From contig JBHGNT010000091.1 of assembly GCA_043228905.1 (NCBI GenBank), positions 29,905 through 93,904 on the forward strand: a DNA stretch of 64,000 nucleotides. The letters run 5' to 3'. This document shows positions 29,201 to 43,032 of the stretch, in pieces (the stretch's first letter is position 1; each line of letters opens with the position of its first letter). The notes beneath the pieces are model-generated. The model saw only the letters and a list, made by a program, of their open reading frames with translations, ran no database searches and was not told the origin of the DNA. Position numbers and translations under genes: made by a program. The DNA is from Azolla caroliniana (lineage: Eukaryota; Plantae; Polypodiophyta).

Positions 29201-32200
29201 TCGTTCATGTCTCTCGACCTGAGTTTCAAAATCTTGATTTTTTAATTCCATATCATAGCTAGCGTTGTTAGCTTCGATTCGCATGTTTGAACACAAAACT
29301 CCGATATCACACGAGCCAGGTATGAACATTTTCATTTATTCAAGGGCTCTTCTCAACTCACTCCTCAAATTTGGAAATTTCGTCATGTCTCTCGACCTGA
29401 GTTTCAAAATCTTGATTTTTTAATTCCATATCATAGCTAGCGTTGTTAGCTTCGATTCGCATGTTTGAACACAAAAATCCGATAGGACACGAGCCAGGTA
29501 TGAACATTTTGATTTACTCAAGGGCTCCTCTCAACTCAATCCTCAAATTTGGTAATTTCGTCATGTATCTCGACCTGAGTTTCAAAATCTTGATTTTTTA
29601 ATTCCATTTCAGAGCTAGCGTTGTTAGCTTCGATTCGCATGTTTGAACACAAAACTCCGAAATCACACGAGCCAGGTATGAACATTTTCATTTACTCAAG
29701 GGTTCTTCTCAACTCACTCCTCAAATTTGGTAATTTCGTCATGTCTGTCGACCTGAGTTTCAAAATCTTGATTTTTTAATTCCATATCATAGCTAGCGTT
29801 GTTAGCTTCGATTCGCATGTTTGAACACAAAAATCCGATATCACACGAGCCAGGTATGAACTATTTAATTTACCTCCTAGCTCTTCTCAACTCACTCCTC
29901 AAATTTGGAAATTTCGTCATGTCTCTCGACCTGAGTTTCCAAATCTTGATTATTTAATTCCATATCATAGCTAGCATTGTTAGCTTCGATTCGCATGTTT
30001 GAACACAGAAATCCGATATCACACGAGCCAGGTATGAACATTTTGATTTACTCAAGGGCTCCTCTCAACTCACTACTCAAATTTGGTAATTTCGTCATGT
30101 CTGTCGACCTGAGTTTCAAAATCTTGATTTTTTAATTCCATATCATAGGTAGTATTGTTAGCTTCGATTCGCATGTTTGAACACAAAAATCCGATATGAC
30201 ACGAGCCAGGTATGAACATTTTGATTTACTCAAGGGCTCCTCTCAACTCACTCCTCAAATTTGGAAATTTCGTCATGTCTCTCGACCTGAGTTTCAAAAT
30301 CTTGATTTTTTAATTCCATATCATAGCTAGCGTTGTTAGCTTCGATTCGCATGTTTGAACACAAAACTCCGATATCACACGAGCCAGGTATGAACATTTT
30401 CATTTATTCAAGGGCTCTTCTCAACTCACTCCTCAAATTTGGAAATTTCGTCATGTCTCTCGACCTGAGATTCAAAATCTTGATTTTTTAATTCCATATC
30501 ATAACTAGCGTTGTTAGCTTCGATTCGCATGTTTGAACACAAAAATCCGATATCACACGAGCTAGGTATGAACTATTTAATTTACCTCCTAGCTCTTCTC
30601 AACTCACTCCTCAAATTTGGAAATTTTGTCATGTCTCTCGACCTGAGTTTCAAAATCTTGATTTTTTAATTCCATATAATAGCTAGCGCTGTTAGCTTCG
30701 ATTCGCATGTTTGAACACAAAACTCCGATATGACACGAGCCAGGTATGAACATTTTAATTTACTCAAGGGCTCCTCTCAACTCACTACTCAAATTTGGTA
30801 ATTTCGTCATGTCTGTCGACCTGAGTTTCAAAATCTTGATTTTTTAATTCCATATCATAGCTAGCGTTGTTAGCTTCGATTCGCATGTTTGAACACAAAA
30901 CTCCGATATCACACGAGCCAGGTATGAACATTTTCATTTACTCAAGGGCTCTTCTCAACTCACTCCTCAAATTTGGTAATTTCGTCATGTCTGTCGACCT
31001 GAGTTTCAAAATCTTGATTTTTTAATTCCATATCATAACTAGCGTTGTTAGCTTCGATTCGCAAGTTTGAACACAAAAATCCGATATCACACGAGCTAGG
31101 TATGAACATTTTCGTTTACCCACTAGCTGCTCTCAACTCACTCCTCAAATTTGGTAATTTCGTCATGTCTGTCGACCTGAGTTTCAAAATCTTGATTTTT
31201 TAATTCCATATCATAGGTAGTGTTGTTAGCTTCGATTTGCATGTTTGAACACAAAAATCCGATATGACACGAGCCAGGTATGAACATTTTGATTTACTCA
31301 AGGGCTCCTGTCAACTCACTCCTCAAATTTGGTAATTTCGTCATGTATCTCGACCTGAGTTTCAAAATCTTGATTATTTAATTCCATTTCAGAGCTAGCG
31401 TTCTTAGCTTCGATTCGCATGTTTGAACACAAAACTCCGATATCACACGAGCCAGGTATGAACATTTTCATTTACTCAAGGGTTCTTCTCAACTCACTCC
31501 TCAAATTTGGTAATTTCGTCATGTCTGTCGACCTGAGTTTCAAAATCTTGATTTTTTAATTCCATATCATAGCTAGCGTTGTTAGCTTCGATTCGCATGT
31601 TTGAACACAAAAATCCGATATCACACGAGCCAGGTATGAACTATTTAATTTACCTCCTAGCTCTTCTCAATTCACTCCTCAAATTTGGAAATTTCGTCAT
31701 GTCTCTCGACCTGAGTTTCAAAATCTTGATTTTTTAATTCCATATCATAACTAGCGTTGCTAGCTTCGATTCGCATGTTTGAACACAAAACTCCGATAGG
31801 ACACGAGCCAGGTATGAACATTTTGATTTACTCAAGGGCTCCTCTCAACTCACTCCTCAAATTTGGTAATTTCGTCATGTCTGTCAAGCTGAGTTTCAAA
31901 ATCTTGATTTTTTAATTCCATATCATAACTAGCGTTGTTAGCTGCGATTCGCATGTTTGAACACAAAAATCCGATATGACACGAGCCAGGTATGAACATT
32001 TTCATTTATTCAAGGGCTCTTCTCAACTCACTCCTCAAATTTGGAAATTTCGTCATGTCTCTCGACCTGAGTTTCAAAATCTTGATTTTTTAATTCCATA
32101 TCATAGCTAGCGTTGTTAGCTTCGATTCGCATGTTTGAACACAAAAATCCGATAGGACACGAGCCAGGTTTGAACATTTTGATTTACTCAAGGGCTCCTC

Positions 32201-35200
32201 TCAACTCAATCCTCAAATTTGGTAATTTCGTCATGTATCTCGACCTGAGTTTCAAAATCTTGATTTTTTAATTCCATTTCAGAGCTAGCGTTGTTAGCTT
32301 CGATTCGCATGTTTGAACACAAAACTCCGATATCACACGAGCCAGGTATGAACATTTTCATTTACTCAAGGGTTCTTCTCAACTCACTTCTCAAATTTGG
32401 TAATTTCGTCATGTTTGTCGACCTGAGTTTCAAAATCTTGATTTTTTAATTCCATATCATAGCTAGCGTTGTTAGCTTCGATTCGCATGTTTGAACACAA
32501 AAATCCGATATCACACGAGCCAGGTATGAACTATTTAATTTACCTCCTAGCTCTTCTCAACTCACTCCTCAAATTTGGAAATTTCGTCATGTCTCTCGAC
32601 CTGAGTTTCCAAATCTTGATTATTTAATTCCATATCATAGCTAGCATTGTTAGCTTCGATTCGCATGTTTGAACACAGAAATCCGATATCACACGAGCCA
32701 GGTATGAACATTTTGATTTACTCAAGGGCTCCTCTCAACTCACTACTCAAATTTGGTAATTTCGTCATGTCTGTCGACCTGAGTTTCAAAATCTTGATTT
32801 TTTAATTCCATATCATAGGTAGTATTGTTAGCTTCGATTCGCATGTTTGAACACAAAAATCCGATATGACACGAGCCAGGTATGAACATTTTGATTTACT
32901 CAAGGGCTCCTCTCAACTCACTCCTCAAATTTGGAAATTTCGTCATGTCTCTCGACCTGAGTTTCAAAATCTTGATTTTTTAATTCCATATCATAGCTAG
33001 CGTTGTTAGCTTCGATTCGCATGTTTGAACACAAAACTCCGATATCACACGAGCCAGGTATGAACATTTTCATTTATTCAAGGGCTCTTCTCAACTCACT
33101 CCTCAAATTTGGAAATTTCGTCATGTCTCTCGACCTGAGTTTCAAAATCTTGATTTTTTAATTCCATATCATAGCTAGCGTTGTTAGCTTCGATTCGCAT
33201 GTTTGAACACAAAAATCCGATATCACACGAGCCAGGTATGAACATTTTCCTTTACTCAAGGGCTCCTCTCCACTACTTCCTCAAGTTTGGTAATTTCGTC
33301 ATGTCTCTCGACCTGAGTTTCAAAATCTTGATTTTTTAATTCCATATCATAGGTAGTATTGTTAGCTTCGATTCGCATGTTTGAACACAAAAATCCGATA
33401 TGACACGAGCCAGGTATGAACATTTTGATTTACTCAAGGGCTCCTCTCAACTCACTCCTCAAATTTGGAAATTTCGTCATGTCTCTCGACCTGAGTTTCA
33501 AAATCTTGATTTTTTAATTCCATATCATAGCTAGCGTTGTTAGATTCGATTCGCATGTTTGAACACAAAACTCCGATATCACACGAGCCAGGTATGAACA
33601 TTTTCATTTATTCAAGGGCTCTTCTCAACTCACTCCTCAAATTTGGAAATTTCGTCATGTCTCTCGACCTGAGATTCAAAATCTTGATTTTTTAATTCCA
33701 TATCATAACTAGCGTTGTTAGCTTCGATTCGCATGTTTGAACACAAAAATCCGATATCACACGAGCTAGGTATGAACTATTTAATTTACCTCCTAGCTCT
33801 TCTCAACTCACTCCTCAAATTTGGAAATTTTGTCATGTCTCTCGACCTGAGTTTCAAAATCTTGATTTTTTAATTCCATATAATAGCTAGCGCTGTTAGC
33901 TTCGATTCGCATGTTTGAACACAAAACTCCGATATGACACGAGCCAGGTATGAACATTTTAATTTACTCAAGGGCTCCTCTCAACTCACTACTCAAATTT
34001 GGTAATTTCGTCATGTCTGTCGACCTGAGTTTCAAAATCTTGATTTTTTAATTCCATATCATAGCTAGCGTTGTTAGCTTCGATTCGCATGTTTGAACAC
34101 AAAACTCCGATATCACACGAGCCAGGTATGAACATTTTCATTTACTCAAGGGCTCTTCTCAACTCACTCCTCAAATTTGGTAATTTCGTCATGTCTGTCG
34201 ACCTGAGTTTCAAAATCTTGATTTTTTAATTCCATATCATAACTAGCGTTGTTAGCTTCGATTCGCAAGTTTGAACACAAAAATCCGATATCACACGAGC
34301 TAGGTATGAACATTTTCGTTTACCCACTAGCTGCTCTCAACTCACTCCTCAAATTTGGTAATTTCGTCATGTCTGTCGACCTGAGTTTCAAAATCTTGAT
34401 TTTTTAATTCCATATCATAACTAGCATTGTTAGCTTCGATTCGCATGTTTGAACACAAAAATCCGATATGACACGAGCCAGGTATGAACATTTTGATTTA
34501 CTCAAGGGCTCCTCTCAACTCACCCCTCAAATTTGGTAAGTTCGTCATGTCTCTCGACCTGAGTTTCAAAATCTTGATTTTTTAATTCCATATCATAGCT
34601 AGCGTTGTTAGCTTCGATTCGCATGTTTGAACACAAAAATCCGATATCACACGAGCCAGGTATGAACATTTTCCTTTACTCAAGGGCTCCTCTCCACTAC
34701 TTCCTCAAGTTTGGAAATTTCGTCATGTCTCTCGACCTGAGTTTCAAAATCTTGATTTTTTAATTCCATATCATAGCTAGCATTGTTAGCTTCGATTCGC
34801 ATGTTTGAACACAGAAATCGGATATCACACGAGCAAGGTATGAACATTTTGATTTACTCAAGGGCTCCTCTCAACTCACTCCTCAAATTTGGTAATTTCG
34901 TCATGTCTGTCAAGCTGAGTTTCAAAATCTTGATTTTTTAATTCCATATCATAACTAGCGTTGTTAGCTTCGATTCGCATGTTTGAACACAAAAATCCGA
35001 TATGACACGAGCCAGGTATGAACATTTCGATTTACTCAAGGGCTCCTCTCAACTCACTCCTCAAATTTGGTAATTTCGTCATGTCTGTCGACCTGAGTTT
35101 CAAAATCTTGATTTTTTAATTCCATATCATAGCTAGCGTTGTTAGCTTCGATTCGCATGTTTGAACACAAAACTCCGATATCACACGAGCGAGGTATGAA

Positions 35201-38200
35201 CATTTTCATTTACTCAAGGGCTACTCTCAACTCACTCCTCAAATTTGGAAATTTCGTTCATGTCTCTCGACCTGAGTTTCAAAATCTTGATTTTTTAATT
35301 CCATATCATAGCTAGCGTTGTTAGCTTCGATTCGCATGTTTGAACACAAAACTCCGATATCACACGAGGCAGGTATGAACATTTTCATTTATTCAAGGGC
35401 TCTTCTCAACTCACTCCTCAAATTTGGAAATTTCGTCATGTCTCTCGACCTGAGTTTCAAAATCTTGATTTTTTAATTGCATATCATAGCTAGCGTTGTT
35501 AGCTTCGATTCGCATGTTTGAACACAAAAATCCGATAGGACACGAGCCAGGTATGAACATTTTGATTTACTCAAGGGCTCCTCGCAACTCAATCCTCAAA
35601 TTTGGTAATTTCGTCATGTATCTCGACCTGAGTTTCAAAATCTTGATTTTTTAATTCCATTTCAGAGCTAGCGTTGTTAGCTTCGATTCGCATGTTTGAA
35701 CACAAAACTCCGATATCACACGAGCCAGGTATGAACATTTTCATTTACTCAAGGGTTCTTCTCAACTCACTCCTCAAATTTGGTAATTTCGTCATGTCTG
35801 TCGACCTGAGTTTCAAAATCTTGATTTTTTAATTCCATATCATAGCTAGCGTTGTTAGCTTCGATTCGCATGTTTGAACACAAAAATCCGATATCACACG
35901 AGCCAGGTATGAACTATTTAATTTACCTCCTAGCTCTTCTCAACTCACTCCTCAAATTTGGAAATTTCGTCATGTCTCTCGACCTGAGTTTCCAAATCTT
36001 GATTATTTAATTCCATATCATAGCTAGCATTGTTAGCTTCGATTCGCATGTTTGAACACAAAAATCCGATATGACACGAGCCAGGTATGAACATTTCGAT
36101 TTACTCAAGGGCTCCTCTCAACTCACTCCTCAAATTTGGTAATTTCGTCATGTCTGTCGACCTGAGTTTCAAAATCTTGATTTTTTAATTCCATATCATA
36201 GCTAGCGTTGTTAGCTTCGATTCGCATGTTTGAACACAAAACTCCGATATCACACGAGCGAGGTATGAACATTTTCATTTACTCAAGGGCTACTCTCAAC
36301 TCACTCCTCAAATTTGGAAATTTCGTTCATGTCTCTCGACCTGAGTTTCAAAATCTTGATTTTTTAATTCCATATCATAGCTAGCGTTGTTAGCTTCGAT
36401 TCGCATGTTTGAACACAAAACTCCGATATCACACGAGCCAGGTATGAACATTTTCATTTATTCAAGGGCTCTTCTCAACTCACTCCTCAAATTTGGAAAT
36501 TTCGTCATGTCTCTCGACCTGAGTTTCAAAATCTTGATTTTTTAATTCCATATCATAGCTAGCGTTGTTAGCTTCGATTCGCATGTTTGAACACAAAAAT
36601 CCGATAGGACACGAGCCAGGTTTGAACATTTTGATTTACTCAAGGGCTCCTCTCAACTCAATCCTCAAATTTGGTAATTTCGTCATGTATCTCGACCTGA
36701 GTTTCAAAATCTTGATTTTTTAATTCCATTTCAGAGCTAGCGTTGTTAGCTTCGATTCGCATGTTTGAACACAAAACTCCGATATCACACGAGCCAGGTA
36801 TGAACATTTTCATTTACTCAAGGGTTCTTCTCAACTCACTTCTCAAATTTGGTAATTTCGTCATGTCTGTCGACCTGAGTTTCAAAATCTTGATTTTTTA
36901 ATTCCATATCATAGCTAGCGTTGTTAGCTTCGATTCGCATGTTTGAACACAAAAATCCGATATCACACGAGCCAGGTATGAACTATTTAATTTACCTCCT
37001 AGCTCTTCTCAACTCACTCCTCAAATTTGGAAATTTCGTCATGTCTCTCGACCTGAGTTTCCAAATCTTGATTATTTAATTCCATATCATAGCTAGCATT
37101 GTTAGCTTCGATTCGCATGTTTGAACACAGAAATCCGATATCACACGAGCCAGGTATGAACATTTTGATTTACTCAAGGGCTCCTCTCAACTCACTACTC
37201 AAATTTGGTAATTTCGTCATGTCTGTCGACCTGAGTTTCAAAATCTTGATTTTTTAATTCCATATCATAGGTAGTATTGTTAGCTTCGATTCGCATGTTT
37301 GAACACAAAAATCCGATATGACACGAGCCAGGTATGAACATTTTGATTTACTCAAGGGCTCCTCTCAACTCACTCCTCAAATTTGGAAATTTCGTCATGT
37401 CTCTCGACCTGAGTTTCAAAATCTTGATTTTTTAATTCCATATCATAGCTAGCGTTGTTAGCTTCGATTCGCATGTTTGAACACAAAACTCCGATATCAC
37501 ACGAGCCAGGTATGAACATTTTCATTTATTCAAGGGCTCTTCTCAACTCACTCCTCAAATTTGGAAATTTCGTCATGTCTCTCGACCTGAGTTTCAAAAT
37601 CTTGATTTTTTAATTCCATATCATAGCTAGCGTTGTTAGCTTCGATTCGCATGTTTGAACACAAAAATCCGATATCACACGAGCCAGGTATGAACATTTT
37701 CCTTTACTCAAGGGCTCCTCTCCACTACTTCCTCAAGTTTGGTAATTTCGTCATGTCTCTCGACCTGAGTTTCAAAATCTTGATTTTTTAATTCCATATC
37801 ATAGCTAGCATTGTTAGTTTCGATTCGCATGTTTGAACACAGAAATCCGATATCACACGAGCAAGGTATGAACATTTTGATTTACTCAAGGGCTCCTCTC
37901 AACTCACTCCTCAAATTTGGTAATTTCGTCATGTCTCTCGACCTGAGTTTCAAAATCTTGATTTTTTAATTCCATATCATAGCTAGCATTGTTAGCTTCG
38001 ATTCGCATGTTTGAACACAGAAATCGGATATCACACGAGCAAGGTATGAACATTTTGATTTACTCAAGGGCTCCTCTCAACTCACTCCTCAAATTTGGTA
38101 ATTTCGTCATGTCTGTCAAGCTGAGTTTCAAAATCTTGATTTTTTAATTCCATATCATAACTAGCGTTGTTAGCTTCGATTCGCATGTTTGAACACAAAA

Positions 38201-39749
38201 ATCCGATATCACACGAGCTAGGTATGAACTATTTAATTTACCTCCTAGCTCTTCTCAACTCACTCCTCAAATTTGGAAATTTTGTCATGTCTCTCGACCT
38301 GAGTTTCAAAATCTTGATTTTTTAATTCCATATAATAGCTAGCGCTGTTAGCTTCGATTCGCATGTTTGAACACAAAACTCCGATATGACACGAGCCAGG
38401 TATGAACATTTTAATTTACTCAAGGGCTCCTCTCAACTCACTACTCAAATTTGGTAATTTCGTCATGTCTGTCGACCTGAGTTTCAAAATCTTGATTTTT
38501 TAATTCCATATCATAGCTAGCGTTGTTAGCTTCGATTCGCATGTTTGAACACAAAACTCCGATATCACACGAGCCAGGTATGAACATTTTCATTTACTCA
38601 AGGGCTCTTCTCAACTCACTCCTCAAATTTGGTAATTTCGTCATGTCTGTCGACCTGAGTTTCAAAATCTTGATTTTTTAATTCCATATCATAACTAGCG
38701 TTGTTAGCTTCGATTCGCAAGTTTGAACACAAAAATCCGATATCACACGAGCTAGGTATGAACATTTTCGTTTACCCACTAGCTGCTCTCAACTCACTCC
38801 TCAAATTTGGTAATTTCGTCATGTCTGTCGACCTGAGTTTCAAAATCTTGATTTTTTAATTCCATATCATAACTAGCATTGTTAGCTTCGATTCGCATGT
38901 TTGAACACAAAAATCCGATATGACACGAGCCAGGTATGAACATTTTGATTTACTCAAGGGCTCCTCTCAACTCACTCCTCAAATTTGGAAATTTTGTCAT
39001 GTCTCTCGACCTGAGTTTCAAAATCTTGATTTCTTAATTCCATATAATAGCTAGCGCTGTTAGCTTCGATTCGCATGTTTGAACACAAAAATCCGATATG
39101 ACACGAGCCAGGTATGAACATTTTAATTTACTCAAGGGCTCCTCTCAACTCACTACTCAAATTTGGTAATTTCGTCATGTCTGTCAACCTGAGTTTGAAA
39201 ATCTTGATTTTTTAATTCCCCATCATAGCTAGCGTTGGTAGCTTCGATTCGCATGTTTGAACACAAAAATCCGATATCACACGAGCCAGGTATGAACATT
39301 TTGATTTACTCAAGGGCTCCTCTCCACTACTTCCTCAAGTTTGCTAATTTCGTCATCTCTCTCGACCTGAGTTTCAAAATCTTGATTTTTTAATTCCATA
39401 TCATAGGTAGGGTTGTTAGCTTCGATTTGCATGTTTGAACACAAAAATCCGATATAACACGAGCCAGGTATGAACATTTTAATTTACTCAAGGGCTCCTC
39501 TCAACTCACTCCTCAAATATGGTAATTTCGTCGTGTCTGTCGACCTGAGTTTTAAAATCTTGATTTTTTAATTCCATATCATAGCTAGCGTTGTTAGCTT
39601 CGATTCGCATGTTTGAACACAGAAATCCGATATCACACGAGCCAGGTATGAACATTTTAATTTACCTCCTAGCTCTTCTTAACTCACTCCTCAAATTTGG
39701 AAATTTCGTCATGTCTCTCGACCTGAGTTTCAAAATCTTGATTTTTTAA

Positions 39750-41750
39750 TTGCATATAATAGCTAGCGTTGTTAGCTTCGATTCGCATGTTTGAACACAA
39801 AAGTCCGATATGACACGAGCCAGGTATGAACATTTTAATTTACTCAAGGGCTCCTCTCAACTCACTACTCAAATTTGGTAATTTCGTCATGTCCGTCGAC
39901 CTGAGTTTCAAAATCTTGATTTTTTAATTCCATATCATAGCTAGCGTTGTTAGCTTCGATTCGCATGTTTGAACACAAAACTCCGATATCACACGAGCCA
40001 GGTATGAACATTTTCATTTACTCAGGGGCTCTTCTCAACTCACTCCTCAAATTTGGTAATTTCGTCATGTCTGTCGACCTGAGATTCAAAATCTTGATTT
40101 TTTAATTCCATATCATAACTAGCGTTGTTAGCTTCGATTCGCATGTTTGAACACAAAAATCCGATATCACACGAGCTAGGTATGAACATTTTCGTTTACC
40201 CACTAGCTCGTCTTAACTCACTCCTCAAATTTGGTAATTTCATCATGTCTCTCGACCTGAGTTTCTAAATCTTGATTTCTTAATTCCATATCATAGCTAG
40301 GGTTGTTAGCTTCGATTCGCATGTTTGAACACAAAAATCCGATATCACACGTGCCAGGTATGAACATTTTAATTTACTGAAGGGCTCCTCTCAACTCACT
40401 CCTCAAATTTGGTAATTTCTTCATGTCTCTCGACCTGAGTTTCAAAATCTTGATTTTATAAATCCATATCATAGCTAGCATTGTTAGCTTCGATTCGCAT
40501 GTTTGAACACAAAAATCCGATATCACACGAGCCAGGTATGAACTATTTAATTTACCTCCTAGCTCTTCTCAACTCACTTCTCAAATTTGGAAATTTTGTC
40601 ATGTCTCTCGACCTGAGTTTCAAAATCTTGATTTCTTAATTCCATATAATAGCTAGCGCTGTTAGCTTCGATTCGCATGTTTGAACACAAAAATCCGATA
40701 TCACACGAGCCAGGTATGAACATTTTAATTTACCTCCTAGCTCTTCTTAACTCACTCCTCAAATTTGGAAATTTCGTCATGTCTCTCGACCTGAGTTTCA
40801 AAATCTTGATTTTTTAATTCCATATAATAGCTAGCGCTGTTAGCTTCGATTCGCATGTTTGAACACAAAAGTCCGATATGACACGAGCCAGGTATGAACA
40901 TTTTAATTTACTCAAGGGCTCCTCTCAACTCACTACTCAAATTTGGTAATTACGTCATGTCCGTCGACCTGAGTTTCAAAATCTTGATTTTTTAATTCCA
41001 TATCATAGCTAGCGTTGTTAGCTTCGATTCGCATGTTTGAACACAAAACTCCGATATCACACGAGCCAGGTATGAACATTTTCATTTACTCAGGGGCTCT
41101 TCTCAACTCACTCCTCAAATTTGGTAATTTCGTCATGTCTGTCGACCTGAGATTCAAAATCTTGATTTTTTAATTCCATATCATAACTAGCGTTGTTAGC
41201 TTCGATTCTCATGTTTGAACACAAAAATCCGATATCACACGAGCTAGGTATGAACATTTTCGTTTACCCACTAGCTCGTCTTAACTCACTCCTCAAATTT
41301 GGTAATTTCATCATGTCTCTCGACCTGAGTTTCTAAATCTTGATTTCTTAATTCCATATCATAGCTAGGGTTGTTAGCTTCGATTCGCATGTTTGAACAC
41401 AAAAATCCGATATCACACGTGCCAGGTATGAACATTTTAATTTACTGAAGGGCTCCTCTCAACTCACTCCTCAAATTTGGTAATTTCTTCATGTCTCTCG
41501 ACCTGAGTTTCAAAATCTTGATTTTATAAATCCATATCATAGCTAGCATTGTTAGCTTCGATTCGCATGTTTGAACACAAAAATCCGATATCACACGAGC
41601 AAGGTATGAACTATTTAATTTACCTCCTAGCTCTTCTCAACTCACTTCTCAAATTTGGAAATTTTGTCATGTCTCTCGACCTGAGTTTCAAAATCTTGAT
41701 TTCTTAATTCCATATAATAGCTAGCGCTGTTAGCTTCGATTCGCATGTTT
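39750..41750 (-). repeat. Tandem duplication of about 6 monomers (1068-bp period; ends approximate)
   Basis: ttataaatcc occurs at 40456 and 41524. The variants aaaagtccg, caggggct, gagattc and tttctaaat recur in the same order. Confidence 0.78.
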
Positions 41751-43027
41751 GAACACAAAAATCCGATATGATACGAGCCAGGTATGAACATTTTAATTTA
41801 CTCAAGGGCTCCTCTCAACTCACTACTCAAATTTGGTAATTTCGTCATGTCTGTCGACCTGAGTTTCAAAATCTTGATTTTTTAATTCCATATCATAGCT
41901 AGCATTGTTAGCTTCGATTCGCATGTTTGAACACAAAAATCCGATATCACACGAGCCAGGTATGAACTATTTAATTTACCTCCTAGCTCTTCTCAACTCA
42001 CTCCTCAAATTTGGAAATTTTGTCATGTCTCTCGACCTGAGTTTCAAAATCTTGATTTTTTAATTCCATATAATAGCTAGCGCTGTTAGCTTCGATTCGC
42101 ATGTTTGAACACAAAACTCCGATATGACACGAGCCAGGTATGAACATTTTAATTTACTCAAGGGCTCCTCTCAACTCACTACTCAAATTTGGTAATTTCG
42201 TCATGTCTGTCGACCTGAGTTTCAAAATCTTGATTTTTTAATTCCATATCATAGCTAGCGTTGTTAGCTTCGATTCGCATGTTTGAACACAAAAATCCGA
42301 TATCACACGAGCTAGGTATGAACATTTTCGTTTACCCACTAGCTGCTCTCAACTCACTCCTCAAATTTGGTAATTTCGTCATGTCTGTTGACCTGAGTTT
42401 CAAAATCTTGATTTTTTAATTCCATATCATAGCTAGCGTTGTTAGCTTCGATTCGCATGTTTGAACACAAAAATCCGATATGACACAAGCTAGGTATGAA
42501 TATTTTCGTTTACCCACGAGCTCGTCTTAACTCACTCCTCAAATTTGGTAATTTCATCATGTCTCTCGACCTGAGTTTCAAAATCTTGATTTCTTAATTC
42601 TATATCATAGCTAGCGTTGTTAGCTTCGATTCGCATGTTTGAACACAAAAATCCGATATGACACGTGCCAGGTATGAACATTTTAATTTACTCAAGGGCT
42701 CCTCTCAACTCACTCCTCAAATTTGGTAATTTCGTCATGTCTGTCGACCTGAGTTTGAAAATCTTGATTTTTTAATTCCCCATCATAGCTAGCGTTGGTA
42801 GCTTCGATTCGCATGTTTGAACACAAAAATCCGATATCACACGAGCCAGGTATGAACATTTTGATTTACTCAAGGGCTCCTCTCCACTACTTCCTCAAGT
42901 TTGCTAATTTCGTCATCTCTCTCGACCTGAGTTTCAAAATCTTGATTTTTTAATTCCATATCATAGGTAGTGTTGTTAGCTTCGATTTGCATGTTTGAAC
43001 ACAAAAATCCGATATGACACGAGCCAG

Positions 43028-43032
43028 GTATG
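43028..43032 (+). repeat. Left target-site duplication GTATG
   Basis: The satellite sequence gagccag-GTATG-aac is split by the element. GTATG lies immediately before the TGTTGGGA LTR start and is repeated at 48363-48367. Confidence 0.95.

Larger units (their letters stand above)
6078..43032 (-). repeat. 178-bp tandem satellite array, reverse orientation (~208 monomers)
   Basis: Reverse complement of the same monomer (…ctcaactcactcctcaaatttggtaatttcgtcatgtctctcgacctgagtttcaaaatcttgattttttaattccatatcatagctagc…), head-to-tail with a 178-bp period and occasional 179-bp or shorter variants. Confidence 0.97.
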
